From contig NC_068982.1 of assembly GCF_001194135.2 (NCBI RefSeq), positions 84,435,860 through 84,480,114 on the forward strand: a DNA stretch of 44,255 nucleotides, read 5' to 3'. Below, piece after piece: positions 27,555 through 39,540 of this stretch. A program made the position numbers and the translations under genes. Within the stretch, counting starts at the first letter, position 1, and every line of letters begins with the position of its first letter. This DNA is from Octopus bimaculoides. Its lineage: Eukaryota. The notes beneath the pieces were generated by a model, which ran no database searches, was not told where the DNA came from, and worked only from the letters and a program-made list of their open reading frames with translations.

Positions 27555-28755
27555 ATGCCCTGCTCAGTATGTAGAAAAGGAGTAGGTAGTAACTCTATAA
27601 GATGTACCCGGTGCAAGCTATGGACACATAAGAGGTGCAGCAACATCAAAGGCAGGTTAACTAGCAAGTTAGTTTTTGTTTGTGGCAGATGTTCAGGTGC
27701 AATAAAGACTGCAAACAAACAGGAAACAACTTCTATCTCATTCCAGGGTGAAAAACTAGAGGTAGTCGATAGCTTCCGCTATCTGGGCGACCAAGTTAGT
27801 AGTGGGGGTGGGTGCGCTGAAAGTGTAGCTGCTAGANNNNNNNNNNNNNNNNNNNNNNNNNNNNNNNNNNNNNNNNNNNNNNNNNNNNNNNNNNNNNNNN
27901 NNNNNNNNNNNNNNNNNNNNNNNNNNNNNNNNNNNNNNNNNNNNNNNNNNNNNNNNNNNNNNNNNNNNNNNNNNNNNNNNNNNNNNNNNNNNNNNNNNNN
28001 NNNNNNNNNNNNNNNNNNNNNNNNNNNNNNNNNNNNNNNNNNNNNNNNNNNNNNNNNNNNNNNNNNNNNNNNNNNNNNNNNNNNNNNNNNNNNNNNNNNN
28101 NNNNNNNNNNNNNNNNNNNNNNNNNNNNNNNNNNNNNNNNNNNNNNNNNNNNNNNNNNNNNNNNNNNNNNNNNNNNNNNNNNNNNNNNNNNNNNNNNNNN
28201 NNNNNNNNNNNNNNNNNNNNNNNNNNNNNNNNNNNNNNNNNNNNNNNNNNNNNNNNNNNNNNNNNNNNNNNNNNNNNNNNNNNNNNNNNNNNNNNNNNNN
28301 NNNNNNNNNNNNNNNNNNNNNNNNNNNNNNNNNNNNNNNNNNNNNNNNNNNNNNNNNNNNNNNNNNNNNNNNNNNNNNNNNNNNNNNNNNNNNNNNNNNN
28401 NNNNNNNNNNNNNNNNNNNNNNNNNNNNNNNNNNNNNNNNNNNNNNNNNNNNNNNNNNNNNNNNNNNNNNNNNNNNNNNNNNNNNNNNNNNNNNNNNNNN
28501 NNNNNNNNNNNNNNNNNNNNNNGGCACATAAAAGACACCATTTCGAGCGTGGCCGTTTTCGTGCGGGTGACACGTAAAAGCACCCACTACACTCTCTGAG
28601 TGGTTGGCGTTAGGAAGGGCATCCAGCTGTAGAAACTCTGCCAAATCAGACTGGAGCCTGGTGTTGCCATCCGGTTTCACCAGTCCTCAGTCAAATCGTC
28701 CAACCCATGCTAGCATGGAAAGCGGACGTTAAACGATGATGATGATGATGATGAT
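27555..28755 (+). mobile_element. Young RTE LINE starting at the PHD-like insert; gap at 27837-28522
   Basis: PCSVCRKGVGSNSIRCTRCKLWTHKRC...CGRC, LEVVDSFRYLGD; CpG-rich UTR and (GAT)n tail. Confidence 0.92.
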
Positions 28756-28809
28756 TAAATACTAATCGCAATTTCATTTTTCTGAAGGTGGAATCATATT
28801 TAATACTCA

Positions 28810-29034
28810 TAAGATTTAAAGCAGTCATATCCAGCCAAAATGATTTACCTATAGTATTTTCAAACCAGCCAGATCTGGCCTCTCACACTTATCTTACAAT
28901 ATTACTCTAAAAATAAACAACCATGTCATTGAAATCTCAAAGCTAAAAGGTAATTAATGCATAACTAATTCAAATTAATGTGAATGAATATGCATAACAT
29001 TTTGACAGAAATTTTTTTTATGTTAAAGGGTTAA
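28810..29034. mobile_element. Probable TTAA-ended MITE
   Basis: Ends aaagggTTAA (piggyBac-like terminus); the left end is degenerate. Confidence 0.4.
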
Positions 29035-29191
29035 ACATATTTACTGAAAAATGTTATACATATTAAATATAATTCTACATTTAAATTTTATTTATGCTGA
29101 TGCAACATGACATCTCCTCTAATTTTGTTTTATCAAATATTTTATAAATTTTAGTCAAGTGTAAAAATAACTAACAAAGTTTGAAAATTAC

Positions 29192-29309
29192 CTCTACAAA
29201 ATTGCCTGAATAAAGTTCTTCTAAAGAGACTTCTAAATCCATAATGACATCTCCACCACGGACTACATCAGGTGTAGGATCTTTGCCAAAATGAAAATTT
29301 CCAAAAAAA
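29192..29309 (-). CDS. DNAJB11: DNAJB11 exon 4 equivalent (G/F region, start of CTD-I), 118 nt
   Basis: ttattacag|T+FFGNFHFGKDPTPDVVRGGDVIMDLEVSLEELYSGNFVE|gtaatt; matches DNAJB11 [23 protein letters not shown]. Confidence 0.95.
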
Positions 29310-30148
29310 CTGTAATAAAGATTATAGAAAGAAAATCAAGGAAGGAAAAGAAAAATACATTTATGAAAGACTACAATATATAATGATAAATGTTGCTGCA
29401 TTATATAGCACTCTTCCCACCATTCAGTTTAGCTAATTAGGGTTGAAACACAGATAATGATGAAATGAATCAAAATATCAGTTAGCTGGTATAAACTACT
29501 TTAAAATCTAACTAGAATTTGAATATTGAGCATTCAGATCTTCTATACTTAGTAACTTTCAGAATTTTACAGACTGACTGACATGGCAGATTAGTATAGT
29601 CCAAAGATCCTTAATAAGTCTACCTGGTTAATTTTATGTCTTCTATTTTAATTGTATTTAACAACGATTGTGAGGTAACTAGACACCAGCCTCTTTTTCT
29701 TTATATGTTCTCCACTGAACTATTTGTATAAAGGAAATTGTAACTGCCCTAGTAATAATACAATCTAATGACTGAAACCAGTAAAAGAACATAAACTCAG
29801 TTAACTTGTATTTTGCTGATGCTTAACCTTGATTCTTTTACTCTCTCAGTGTTATAACATTTTCTCACTCGAAAATATTTATATGTAAATTGATCATGTC
29901 ACAATGAACTAATATTGGTTGCTCGTACAGGCAGAAAAGGCTTTAAGAGATAATGGAAAGTCTTTATGTTCACCATACTGTTTTAATGAGAATTAGAATA
30001 TTTATAAAATGTAATATAGCCAGGAACTGAAGCCAAAATGACAAACTTGGTTTTGCAGGAACTTAAGGCAACAGTTTCAAGTTGAACTGAATTTTGAAAG
30101 ATTCACAAGTTATAATTCTCATATACAAATATATAAATTAAAAAATAC

Positions 30149-30240
30149 CTTGAGAAAGGATCACCACTCATATCCCCTTGTTTTAAACCTTCCTCACCAC
30201 GACGATCATAAATTTTTCTCTTCTCAGGATCTGAGAGTAT
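30149..30240 (-). CDS. DNAJB11: DNAJB11 exon 3 equivalent, 92 nt
   Basis: ttcacag|[30 protein letters not shown]+AG|gtattt; J-domain end, with phase continuing from exon 2. Confidence 0.95.
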
Positions 30241-30384
30241 CTGTGAACAAAATATAGAATTAAACAGTCAAGCCTCATTTTAAGTATAATTTTTTCTAAA
30301 CAAATAAATAAAAATTCTTAATATAAGGTACCAAATAATTAACAGAAGCTTTATTTGAAATAGAAATAGTTATCATTGTATGGT

Positions 30385-31552
30385 TGTGCATGCATTTGTG
30401 GGCACTGAATGCAGGGGATATGTGAGGATTAGAGAAGAATGGCACTGGTATGCGCCAATGAATGTACAATATCAGTGTACATGTATGACAAAATGCAAAT
30501 ATGTTAAAAGAAAAGTTAGGTATAAGAAGAAACAGATGTAGCATGCCAAAGAGAAAACTATGATGGTTTGGTCATATGATGCATATGGATGAGGACAGCT
30601 GAATAAAGAAGTGCCAATCCCTTAAAGAAGATCAAGCTTGTGGAACAGAGAGACCCAGTAAGACAAGGGTTGAAGTGGCAAGGGCAGACCTCAAGATGTT
30701 GAGCTTCATGGAGGAAATGACAAAGGACTGGGACATCTGGTGATATGAGGTTCTTGAGAAGACCTGTCCACCTCAGCAAAACTGAGTTCTGGAAGTGCTG
30801 TGTATATTTTGCTTTCCACTCACGTTACATTGATTCACTTGCACATCCACTCTCACAAACCAAAATTATCTCTCACATGCCCAATGCCTACCTCTTCTCC
30901 TACTCCTGCAGCTGACCTAAACTTGTCATGTCCTCCTCCTGCTGACTGCAACATTACTATCCTGCCACTCTCCCTTCACCCATTGCCTCCTTCACCCCCC
31001 TATCCTTCACCAACTCATGATTCATTGGTCATCACTCTTCAACCCTACCCAACTTATTTACAGTTGCAGGCTGTCCTACCATCCCTTCATCTGCTGCTCC
31101 CCACAGAAGTTTCCAACTCCCTCACACCCATCAACTTCTACCCACTCATGGCCTTGAGGAGGCCACCAAGACACCTCATATCTAATATCTATCTCTTCAC
31201 AATTCCTACTGATCATTCTCACCCTCTTAAACTAAATATGTGTAACCATACGGCTTTACTACAAGAACCTACTATGCTCCTCCATCATACTGTATCCCCT
31301 CAATCCCCAGCATTAAGTTGACTCCCCACTTTTCTCAGGGCTTGTAGTCTTGCAAGCAGCATGATGATCTCATGAGTGCTGGTAGCATGAAAGAAGCACC
31401 CAAAACACTGTAAAGTTGCTGGCATTAGCAAGGGTATCCAGTTGTAGAAAATATGCCAAAGCAAACATTGGAGCATGATGCTATCCTTGGAATTGTCAAC
31501 TCATCCAACCCATACCAGCATGGAACATGAACATAAAATGATGATGATCATC
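30385..31552 (+). mobile_element. Old RTE 3' part
   Basis: ctatgatggtttggtcatatgatgcatatggatgag (R.LRWFGHV equivalent), pyrimidine-rich UTR and (GAT)n tail. Confidence 0.75.
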
Positions 31553-31997
31553 ATCAAATACAATTAAAGAAAATGAAAACATGAGAATTATGACACTGAA
31601 ATAATCCTATCAAAACAAACAGGTAATGGAAAGGATTGTAAGATAAAGGATGAAACCAGGAATGTCTAATGAGATAAACTACAAGTAGATAAATATTATT
31701 CAGAAAATAATGTATGGATTTGTGAAGAATTTGTATATTTTTATAATTTTCAATATATCATTTTTCATCAGGCAAAATAAAAGCTGATAATTAAATTTTG
31801 ACTAGTGGTTTATACCTTAAAATTTTTGTTCCTTAAATTGTGTTACAATAGACATACAAAAGAAATATACTTGAAAAAGAATAAAGGAAAGAAAATCAGA
31901 AGCATTTTGATTATCATGCAGACCAGTTTTCATTTTGGTTAACTCTATTTATTATTATAAACATTTTAGATTAAAGTTACATTACTAAATATTATAC

Positions 31998-32154
31998 CTC
32001 ATATGCAGCCCCCAAATCCTGAAATTGATCTGCAGCTTTGGGATTATCTGGATTCTTGTCAGGATGCATCTCTTTAGCCTTCTTTCTATAAGCCTTCTTT
32101 ATGTCATTTAGTGATGCTGATTTTGAAACACCAAGTATTTTATAGAAATCTCGT
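31998..32154 (-). CDS. DNAJB11: DNAJB11/ERdj3 exon 2 equivalent (J domain), 157 nt
   Basis: ttttcag|A CGA GAT... encodes [52 protein letters not shown]|gtataa. It has the HPD motif and closely matches vertebrate DNAJB11 [10 protein letters not shown]...LGAAYE. Confidence 0.97.
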
Positions 32155-32350
32155 CTGAAAATCATATTGATAAGAAATCAAATATTCAGGAATAACTTAT
32201 TAATAAACAAAAACACATTGCAGAATCCTAAAATAAAACCAAATGATTAGAAAATAGCTATGCATGTGATATAAGTTTTTCTGAAGGAAAATAAAGGAGA
32301 AAGTACATTAAACGACAAGCCTTGATGGTATCATCATCAACATCATTTAA

Positions 32351-33175
32351 CCCCTTCACTTCTAATGGGATATATGTATCCTAAGAAAAAATTTTTTAAT
32401 AGTAAAGTGAATTTTCTTCATTTAAAATGGCTTGGGCTGGCACAAATCAGAGTTACAGCATAAGGAGTAGGATGGAAAAAGAAAGAGTTCATTTGTCCAG
32501 AAGCAATTATCTTTTATAACAAATATATGAGTAGAGTAAATCGCTCTGATCAAATGGCAACATTGTATGAACCTGATCAAAAATGTAGAAAATGGTGGAC
32601 TTCAGGTTTCTGATGACAGCTGTATACAACAGCTATGTTATTCACTCTGAAATTCATCATACGAAACCACCGTTTATAAATTTCTTGGTAAATGAAGCTG
32701 AATATTTGATGAAGGCAAGAAGGTCGAATTTTTCACAAAAGAAAATGAGATCTTTTGGATGGCCTTCTAAGACTTCAAAGTTGATTTCGAATGTAAGTAA
32801 AACAAAAGAGTCGTAGAAGATGTACTAGTTGTATTTTGAGGAACAAAGAAAGGAGTATTATTTGGAAGGGGTCATTATATATATATATATATCATTTTAT
32901 AAGTGTTATTTGAAAAAATAATTGTAATTTATAATAAATATATGAGAAAGCAATTATAGCTTCATTTTGTGTTTGAAATAAACTGTAGGATTTATTTCAT
33001 TTTTATTTCCGTAATTTTCCGAACTTGCTAACATGCATGCAAAATACTGTCGAGGATAGGATAGTCCCAAGTATTTGTTCGTTAGAGAACTATTGAGACA
33101 TTTTTGTCCCACATTCAAAAACCATATGTAGTGATAAAAAAAAATAAAATTTTAATTATGGTAGGCAATGAAGGT
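32351..33175 (+). mobile_element. piggyBac internal-deletion remnant
   Basis: TTAA at 32347-32350 and 33176-33179 with a CCTTCA terminal match; peptide CPEAIIFYNKYMSRVNRSDQMATLYEPDQKCRKWW (transposase C-terminal core). Confidence 0.8.
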
Positions 33176-33239
33176 TTAAAGAAGTGGAAAATGCGAAAAA
33201 ATAAAATAAAAACTGATTGTACAAAAGTCAGAGTGAAAG

Positions 33240-34137
33240 AGTTAACATCCATCTTCCATGCATGCATGAGAAAGATGGTTGACAGGAGCTAGCCAGGTAG
33301 AAAAACTACCCTAGGTTACTGTGTCTGTTTTGGCAGGGTTTTTACAGTTGAATGCCCTTCCTAACACCAACCACTTTGCAGAGTGCTTTTTAGTGCTTTT
33401 TATATGGCACTAGCATAGGTGAGGTTAGTTTTGGTATGATTTTTACAGCTGGATGCCCTTCCAAATGCTAACCACTTTACAGTGTGGACTAGATGCATTT
33501 TACATGGCACCAGCACTGTAAGGTCACCAAGTAACTCGCAAGACAAGGAATTATGAGAGGGGCAGAGGCATTTGAGACAGGGAACTTGTGTCAGTGGATG
33601 AAAGGTTAGAGTGTGACAAAGAGATAGCAGCAGCAGAAACAGGTGGCTAGCTATAGAGGAGACACATGGTTACCAATGAGAGAGAAAGAGCGCAGTTAGG
33701 TGTTGCCAAGAAGGTGTAAGTAGGGAGTGGGGATTGCAGTAACTGGAAAAAACCTGGGTAGAAAAATAGGGCGGGGGTAGCAATGCAATGAGGGCAGGAA
33801 AGAGGTTTCGAAGACAATCATAGTTTAGAAGAGGAGATGTAGTTCAGTTTCTTGGGGTAGAGTGTGTGAAAAGTTTGTTGTTACATGTGGGTGGGACACA
33901 ATGCTTCACGCACTCAGTTTTGCTGACATGGTTGGGTCTTCTCTAGAACCTCATATTGCCAAACATCTTGGTCCATTGTTGTTTCCTCTGTGAGCCCCAA
34001 CATCCTAAGATTGGTCCTCAGCACTTCATCCATGTTTTCCTGGGTCACCCTCTTCCACAGGTACCATCCACTTTCAGTGACTGGCACTTCTGTATACAGC
34101 TGTTTTCACTCATACACATCACATGTGTGAAATACCT
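33240..34137 (-). mobile_element. Old RTE 3' part
   Basis: Minus strand carries the RG.PRKTW equivalent at ~34030-34060 and a UTR ending at ~33240. Confidence 0.7.
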
Positions 34138-36122
34138 AGTGATCAATCTATAGCACATTGCAGATATTATAGATGTAATATGTTGGCAAAATATTCTCTT
34201 TTAGTAAGCCACTGTGAAGCAAAGAAACATAAGGCATCAACTCCACAGCAAATGATTCCTCTTACCAATTTTATTAAAACCGAAAACGATAAGACATCTA
34301 TACCCGAAACAAATTTAGCAATGTTTATTTGTTGTCACTCATCATTTAATAGCTGTGATCACTTAATAGAGTTATGTAAGAATTATATGTCTGATAGTGA
34401 TATTATGTCCAAAGTGAAGTTGCATCGTACAAAATGCGTAAATATTGTGAGAAATGTTCTAGCTCCATATTTTGATGGAGATTTGATTTCTGATATAGGA
34501 GATAGAAAATTTAGACTGCTATTAGATGAATCCAATGATATATCGATAAACAAGTTGTTAGGAATTGTTATCACATATTATAGTGACACTCACAAAAAAG
34601 TGGTACACACATATCTCAGTATGGTATCTTTAGAAACATGTGATGCAGATGGCATTGTAGATGCCTTAAAAATTGAATTAGAAAAAAATGAATTAGATAT
34701 AAAAAAATTACTGGCTATAGGAACCGACAATGCTAGAGTAATGATAGGAGTCAACAATGGTGTTTTCCAGAAATTAAAAGAAGTTCCATCGTTACTTCTA
34801 TTTAGATGTGTATGTCATTCTTTACAGTTGGCAGTATCCCACACATGTGCTGAATGCTTGCCCATAAATTTAGAATTTTTAGTATCTGAAACCTATAAAT
34901 GGTCCTCTCATTCTTCAACAAGACAAAGTGCCTACAAACAACTTTACCTTGCTATCAATGATAAAGAGCCTTTGAAGATCGTGAATTCTTGTACAACTAG
35001 GTGGCTGTCAATAGAACCAGTGGTAAATAGAATTTTAAGCCAATGGTTTGAATTGCAAACTCATTTCCAAACTACAACTACAAAACAAAAATGCTTTACA
35101 GCACAAATATTACACGAAATGTTTTGTGATTCTAGGAATGGACTTTATCTTTTATTTTTGCATCCAATTTTAAAACATGTTCAGGAAGTGAATAAACTGT
35201 TTTAATCAAACACTTGTCAACAAAACAAAATTGATTGAAGATCTTTCAAATTTGATCAAATCTGTTGCTAATGTGATAGTGTAGCCAACATGTAGAATTG
35301 ATCCTCTTGATCTGGATACTTCTATTGAAAAATTTCTGGATCCTAAACCAAATTTAGGCTACAGGTTCGAGAGAAAGATAGCAGAAATGATTATCAAGAA
35401 GACTGTAACAGCCACCGAAGAAAATAATATTCGCAAAAGAGCACAACAATTTTTACTCTGCCTTTATAAAGAGCTCAAGTACCGTTTGCCAGGAATTATT
35501 AATATACTGAGGAATATCAAATATTTTTCAGTAGAGAATATTTCGCAGCATTTCAAAGAGCCAATTTTTCCTGTCTCAGAAGCAATGCATTTTAATGAAG
35601 AAAAAATTGCTTCATTTGAAATTCAGTTTAATAGCATTCATTTAGTTAATTGGACAAATACGTCTAATACTGAGGCATTCTGGCTGGAAGTCCTGGAATA
35701 TAAAGATGCTACTGGAGGAAATCCTTTTAGAGATTTTGCAAATTTTGCCATTAATCTATTGACATTACCAAACTCAAATGCAGAAGTTGAACAGTTGTTC
35801 AAAATTGAAAAACAAAATGCATCTTCCTATGCTTAGATCAATAATGTCTATAAAATAAGGCCTGAAAAGATATGACAAATGTTGCAAAAACTTTGATATT
35901 CCAAAACACATAACAAGATAGGAACCTTGAATGTATACAGAAGTCAAGACCTAGGCACTGCAGCTGAAAGTGATCAAATCAGTGAAATTCAAGAAATTAT
36001 TTCTCAATGATGAATATAATTAAAGAAAGTAAATAAAAATTAAACTTTTTGATATAATTAGTCTTTAGCATTTTTTGTACTGAAATTTAGCATAAAATTC
36101 TGATTTTGAGTTGGCAACACTG
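34138..36122 (+). mobile_element. hAT transposon, 5'-truncated, decayed transposase
   Basis: HCEAKKH, LLLDESNDIS, IGTDNARVMIG, CVCHSLQL, TRWLS, LLTLPNSNAEVEQLF (hATC); right TIR GTTGGCAACACTG at 36110-36122; no left TIR found. Confidence 0.9.
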
Positions 36123-37593
36123 TTACATACACATGTGTATACATACGTACATAAGCATAGGTACATTTATGCTGATAAATATATAGTCTCCTACTCGCAT
36201 ACATATGTGCACATACATGTGTGGTGGGAACTTACTGAATTATTATTAGTTATTACTCATAATATTATTTGACAGTGATGTGTCATGAGATTACGTAAAA
36301 ATACATGTTTATATAGAGAGAGGGGTATAGCTGGATAACTATATGTATATAAAGAGAGAGAGATGCACTGCTACGAACAGACACTTAGGTGGGGTGGAAA
36401 AGAGTGGAGGGGAAAAAAACTCCCTGAATTATTATTATTTCACAGTGTCTAATCTTGAAAATGCATATTTGGCATAGTGGGAACATCTTGGAATTTTCTC
36501 CACATGCTTGTTTGCCAAGTTCTCATTACTTCGCAAAAAAAGAATTAACAAAAAAGAATACAACACCAAGAACACTTCAGACACTAACAATCAAACAGAA
36601 CACTGCAAAAACAAAAAGTCAAAAGATAAATACAAAAATATTAATAGTACAATTAAACTGCACCTGCCACAAGAAATCCTCATGGCCGTTCATGAACCAA
36701 TGTGTCCAAAACAACATAAAATATAAAAGCACAATCACCGCACCACAACAAAAATACGCATACATAAATGCCTTAGAAAACTAATTTAAGGTTCAGTACC
36801 GAAACCATATCTTATCATTTCAAAAGATAAAGAGACAACATGCAACTTCAACAGCGAATCTAATATGGAGATTGAAGGAAGGAAAAATTAAATACCAAAT
36901 GGAATGGTCAATAATAAAAAATGCACACATATCTGGCACATGTGACCTTTGTCTCGAGGAAGCATTGTGCATCCTGCTAAGTAATGAGAACCTAGTAAAC
37001 AAGCATGTGGAGAAAATTCCAAGATGTTCCCACTGCACCAGATATGCATTTTCAAGATTAGACACTGTGCAATAACAATAATTCAGTGAGTTTTTTCTCC
37101 TCTCCCCTCTTTTCCACCCCACCTAAGTGTCCGTCCATAGCGGTGCATCTCTCTCTCTTTATATACATGTGGTTGTCTGGCTGTATCCCTGTCTCTATAT
37201 AAATGTGTATCATCATCATCATCATCATCGTTTAACGTCCGCTTTCCATGCTAGCATGGGTTGGATGATTTGACTGAGGACTGGTGAAACCGGATGGCAA
37301 CACCAGGCTCCAATCTAATTTGGCAGAGTTTCTACAGCTGGATGCCCTTCCTAACGCCAACCACTCAGAGAGTGTATGTTTACGTAATCTCATGACCCAT
37401 CACTGTCAAATAATATTACTATGAGTAATAACTAATAATAATTTGGTAAGCTCCCAGTGCATGTGTGCGTGCATATGTTTGTGAGTAGGAGACTATGGGT
37501 GCATATATATTAACATACGTGTATATGTGTGCATATATACTTATCAGCATGAATGTATCTACGCTTATGTGCATATGTATACATGTGTATGTA
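36123..37593 (+). mobile_element. Penelope-like element: GIY-YIG 3' part with inverted copy of its own 3' end
   Basis: Centre encodes CTCHKK..P..NQC.QNNIKYK...AYI...RNH...IWRLK...WSII...CDLCLEE...NK; arm 36123-36534 is the reverse complement of 36976-37593. Confidence 0.85.
37211..37376 (-). mobile_element. Young RTE tail inserted in the PLE right arm
   Basis: Three mismatches versus 28590-28755; GTGTAT at 37205-37210 and 37372-37377 as TSD/5' microhomology; absent from the left arm. Confidence 0.92.
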
Positions 37594-37744
37594 TGTAGAG
37601 AAATGTACATGTGTACGTATATATATGTAGATATTTGTGCGAATTTATTATGTACATACAAGTGTCCATGTATGAACGTGTATATATATATGTGTGAATA
37701 TGTATATATATATATATATATATATATTTACACATACATACACA

Positions 37745-38700
37745 TTCATACATGGACTCGCTCCTTTGTGCTACATGGGCTCAACTCCCCTCCCCTCTTC
37801 ATCTAACCCTCCTCCTCTCTCCTCTCACACCTATTTCCTCCCNNNNNNNNNNNNNNNNNNNNNNNNNNNNNNNNNNNNNNNNNNNNNNNNNNNNNNNNNN
37901 NNNNNNNNNNNNNNNNNNNNNNNNNNNNNNNNNNNNNNNNNNNNNNNNNNNNNNNNNNNNNNNNNNNNNNNNNNNNNNNNNNNNNNNNNNNNNNNNNNNN
38001 NNNNNNNNNNNNNNNNNNNNNNNNNNNNNNNNNNNNNNNNNNNNNNNNNNNNNNNNNNNNNNNNNNNNNNNNNNNNNNNNNNNNNNNNNNNNNNNNNNNN
38101 NNNNNNNNNNNNNNNNNNNNNNNNNNNNNNNNNNNCCGCCCCTTGCTTCCCCCACACCCCAACACTACACACCACCATACCACACCACACATCACACCAC
38201 CCTGCACACACTAGCACTGACCACTTCCCAGCACCCACACCAGCGCGCACACTAGCAATGACCACTTCCCAACACTTACACCATCATCCACACACCTACA
38301 CATGCACACACACACATCAAGGTCACCAGCCCCCTTCCACACACACACATACACGCTCTCACATATGCACACACACCTTTGTTTTTGGGATCACCACTGC
38401 TTTATTATCTCCCCTTCTTCCTAGCTCTCCTGTGTGACCCCTCTGTCCGGCATTTGCCATGATAGATCACTAGCCACTAAACCTTTCCTATTTTCGTTCC
38501 GTTTTTTTCTGCGTTCCTTTCTGTCAAAGAGTGTAGGCTCAAAACATAAAAGACTTTCTCACTTCCCGAGCGTTAAACTAATACATCTGTTTGTTGTTTA
38601 CACACCCGTCTTCGACTCTGTTTTTTTTTTTGTAAATTCTCACTATATATTTACCCATATAGGAGTGATAGTTTTAGAGTCTGCACACAAAGCTTAAGGT
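37745..38700 (+). mobile_element. Penelope pLTR-like segment (EN C-terminus plus 3' UTR); gap at 37843-38135
   Basis: WTRSFVLHGLN resembles the PLE endonuclease end (W...GLN); a hammerhead-like fold lies downstream. Confidence 0.55.
38517..38552 (+). ncRNA. Degenerate minimal type I hammerhead ribozyme-like motif
   Basis: CTTT-CTGTCAAA-GAGT(GTAG)GCTC-AAA-ACAT-A-AAAG. Restoring four CpGs gives stem I CTTT/AAAG, a CUGnnGA core, stem II GAGC/GCTC, GAA and a palindromic ACGT stem III. Confidence 0.5.
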
Positions 38701-38702
38701 AA

Positions 38703-38737
<35 letters not shown>

Positions 38738-39503
38738 TAGGTTGGTATGANNNNNNNNNNNNNNNNNNNNNNNNNNNNNNNNNNNNNNNNNNNNNNNNNN
38801 NNNNNNNNNNNNNNNNNNNNNNNNNNNNNNNNNNNNNNNNNNNNNNNNNNNNNNNNNNNNNNNNNNNNNNNNNNNNNNNNNNNNNNNNNNNNNNNNNNNN
38901 NNNNNNNNNNNNNNNNNNNNNNNNNNNNNNNNNNNNNNNNNNNNNNNNNNNNNNNNNNNNNNNNNNNNNNNNNNNNNNNNNNNNNNNNNNNNNNNNNNNN
39001 NNNNNNNNNNNNNNNNNNNNNNNNNNNNNNNNNNNNNNNNNNNNNNNNNNNNNNNNNNNNNNNNNNNNNNNNNNNNNNNNNNNNNNNNNNNNNNNNNNNN
39101 NNNNNNNNNNNNNNNNNNNNNNNNNNNNNNNNNNNNNNNNNNNNNNNNNNNNNNNNNNNNNNNNNNNNNNNNNNNNNNNNNNNNNNNNNNNNNNNNNNNN
39201 NNNNNNNNNNNNNNNNNNNNNNNNNNNNNNNNNNNNNNNNNNNNNNNNNNNNNNNNNNNNNNNNNNNNNNNNNNNNNNNNNNNNNNNNNNNNNNNNNNNN
39301 NNNNNNNNNNNNNNNNNNNNNNNNNNNNNNNNNNNNNNNNNNNNNNNNNNNNNNNNNNNNNNNNNNNNNNNNNNNNNNNNNNNNNNNNNNNNNNNNNNNN
39401 NNNNNNNNNNNNNNNNNNNNNNNNNNNNNNNNNNNNNNNNNNNNNNNNNNNNNNNNNNNNNNNNNNNNNNNNNNNNNNNNNNNNNNNNNNNNNNNNNNNN
39501 NNN

Positions 39504-39540
<37 letters not shown>

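Noticed and set aside
38695-38703. Perfect plus-strand donor AAG|GTAAGT at the PLE segment end
   Set aside because: No associated exon or acceptor; a single motif is expected by chance.
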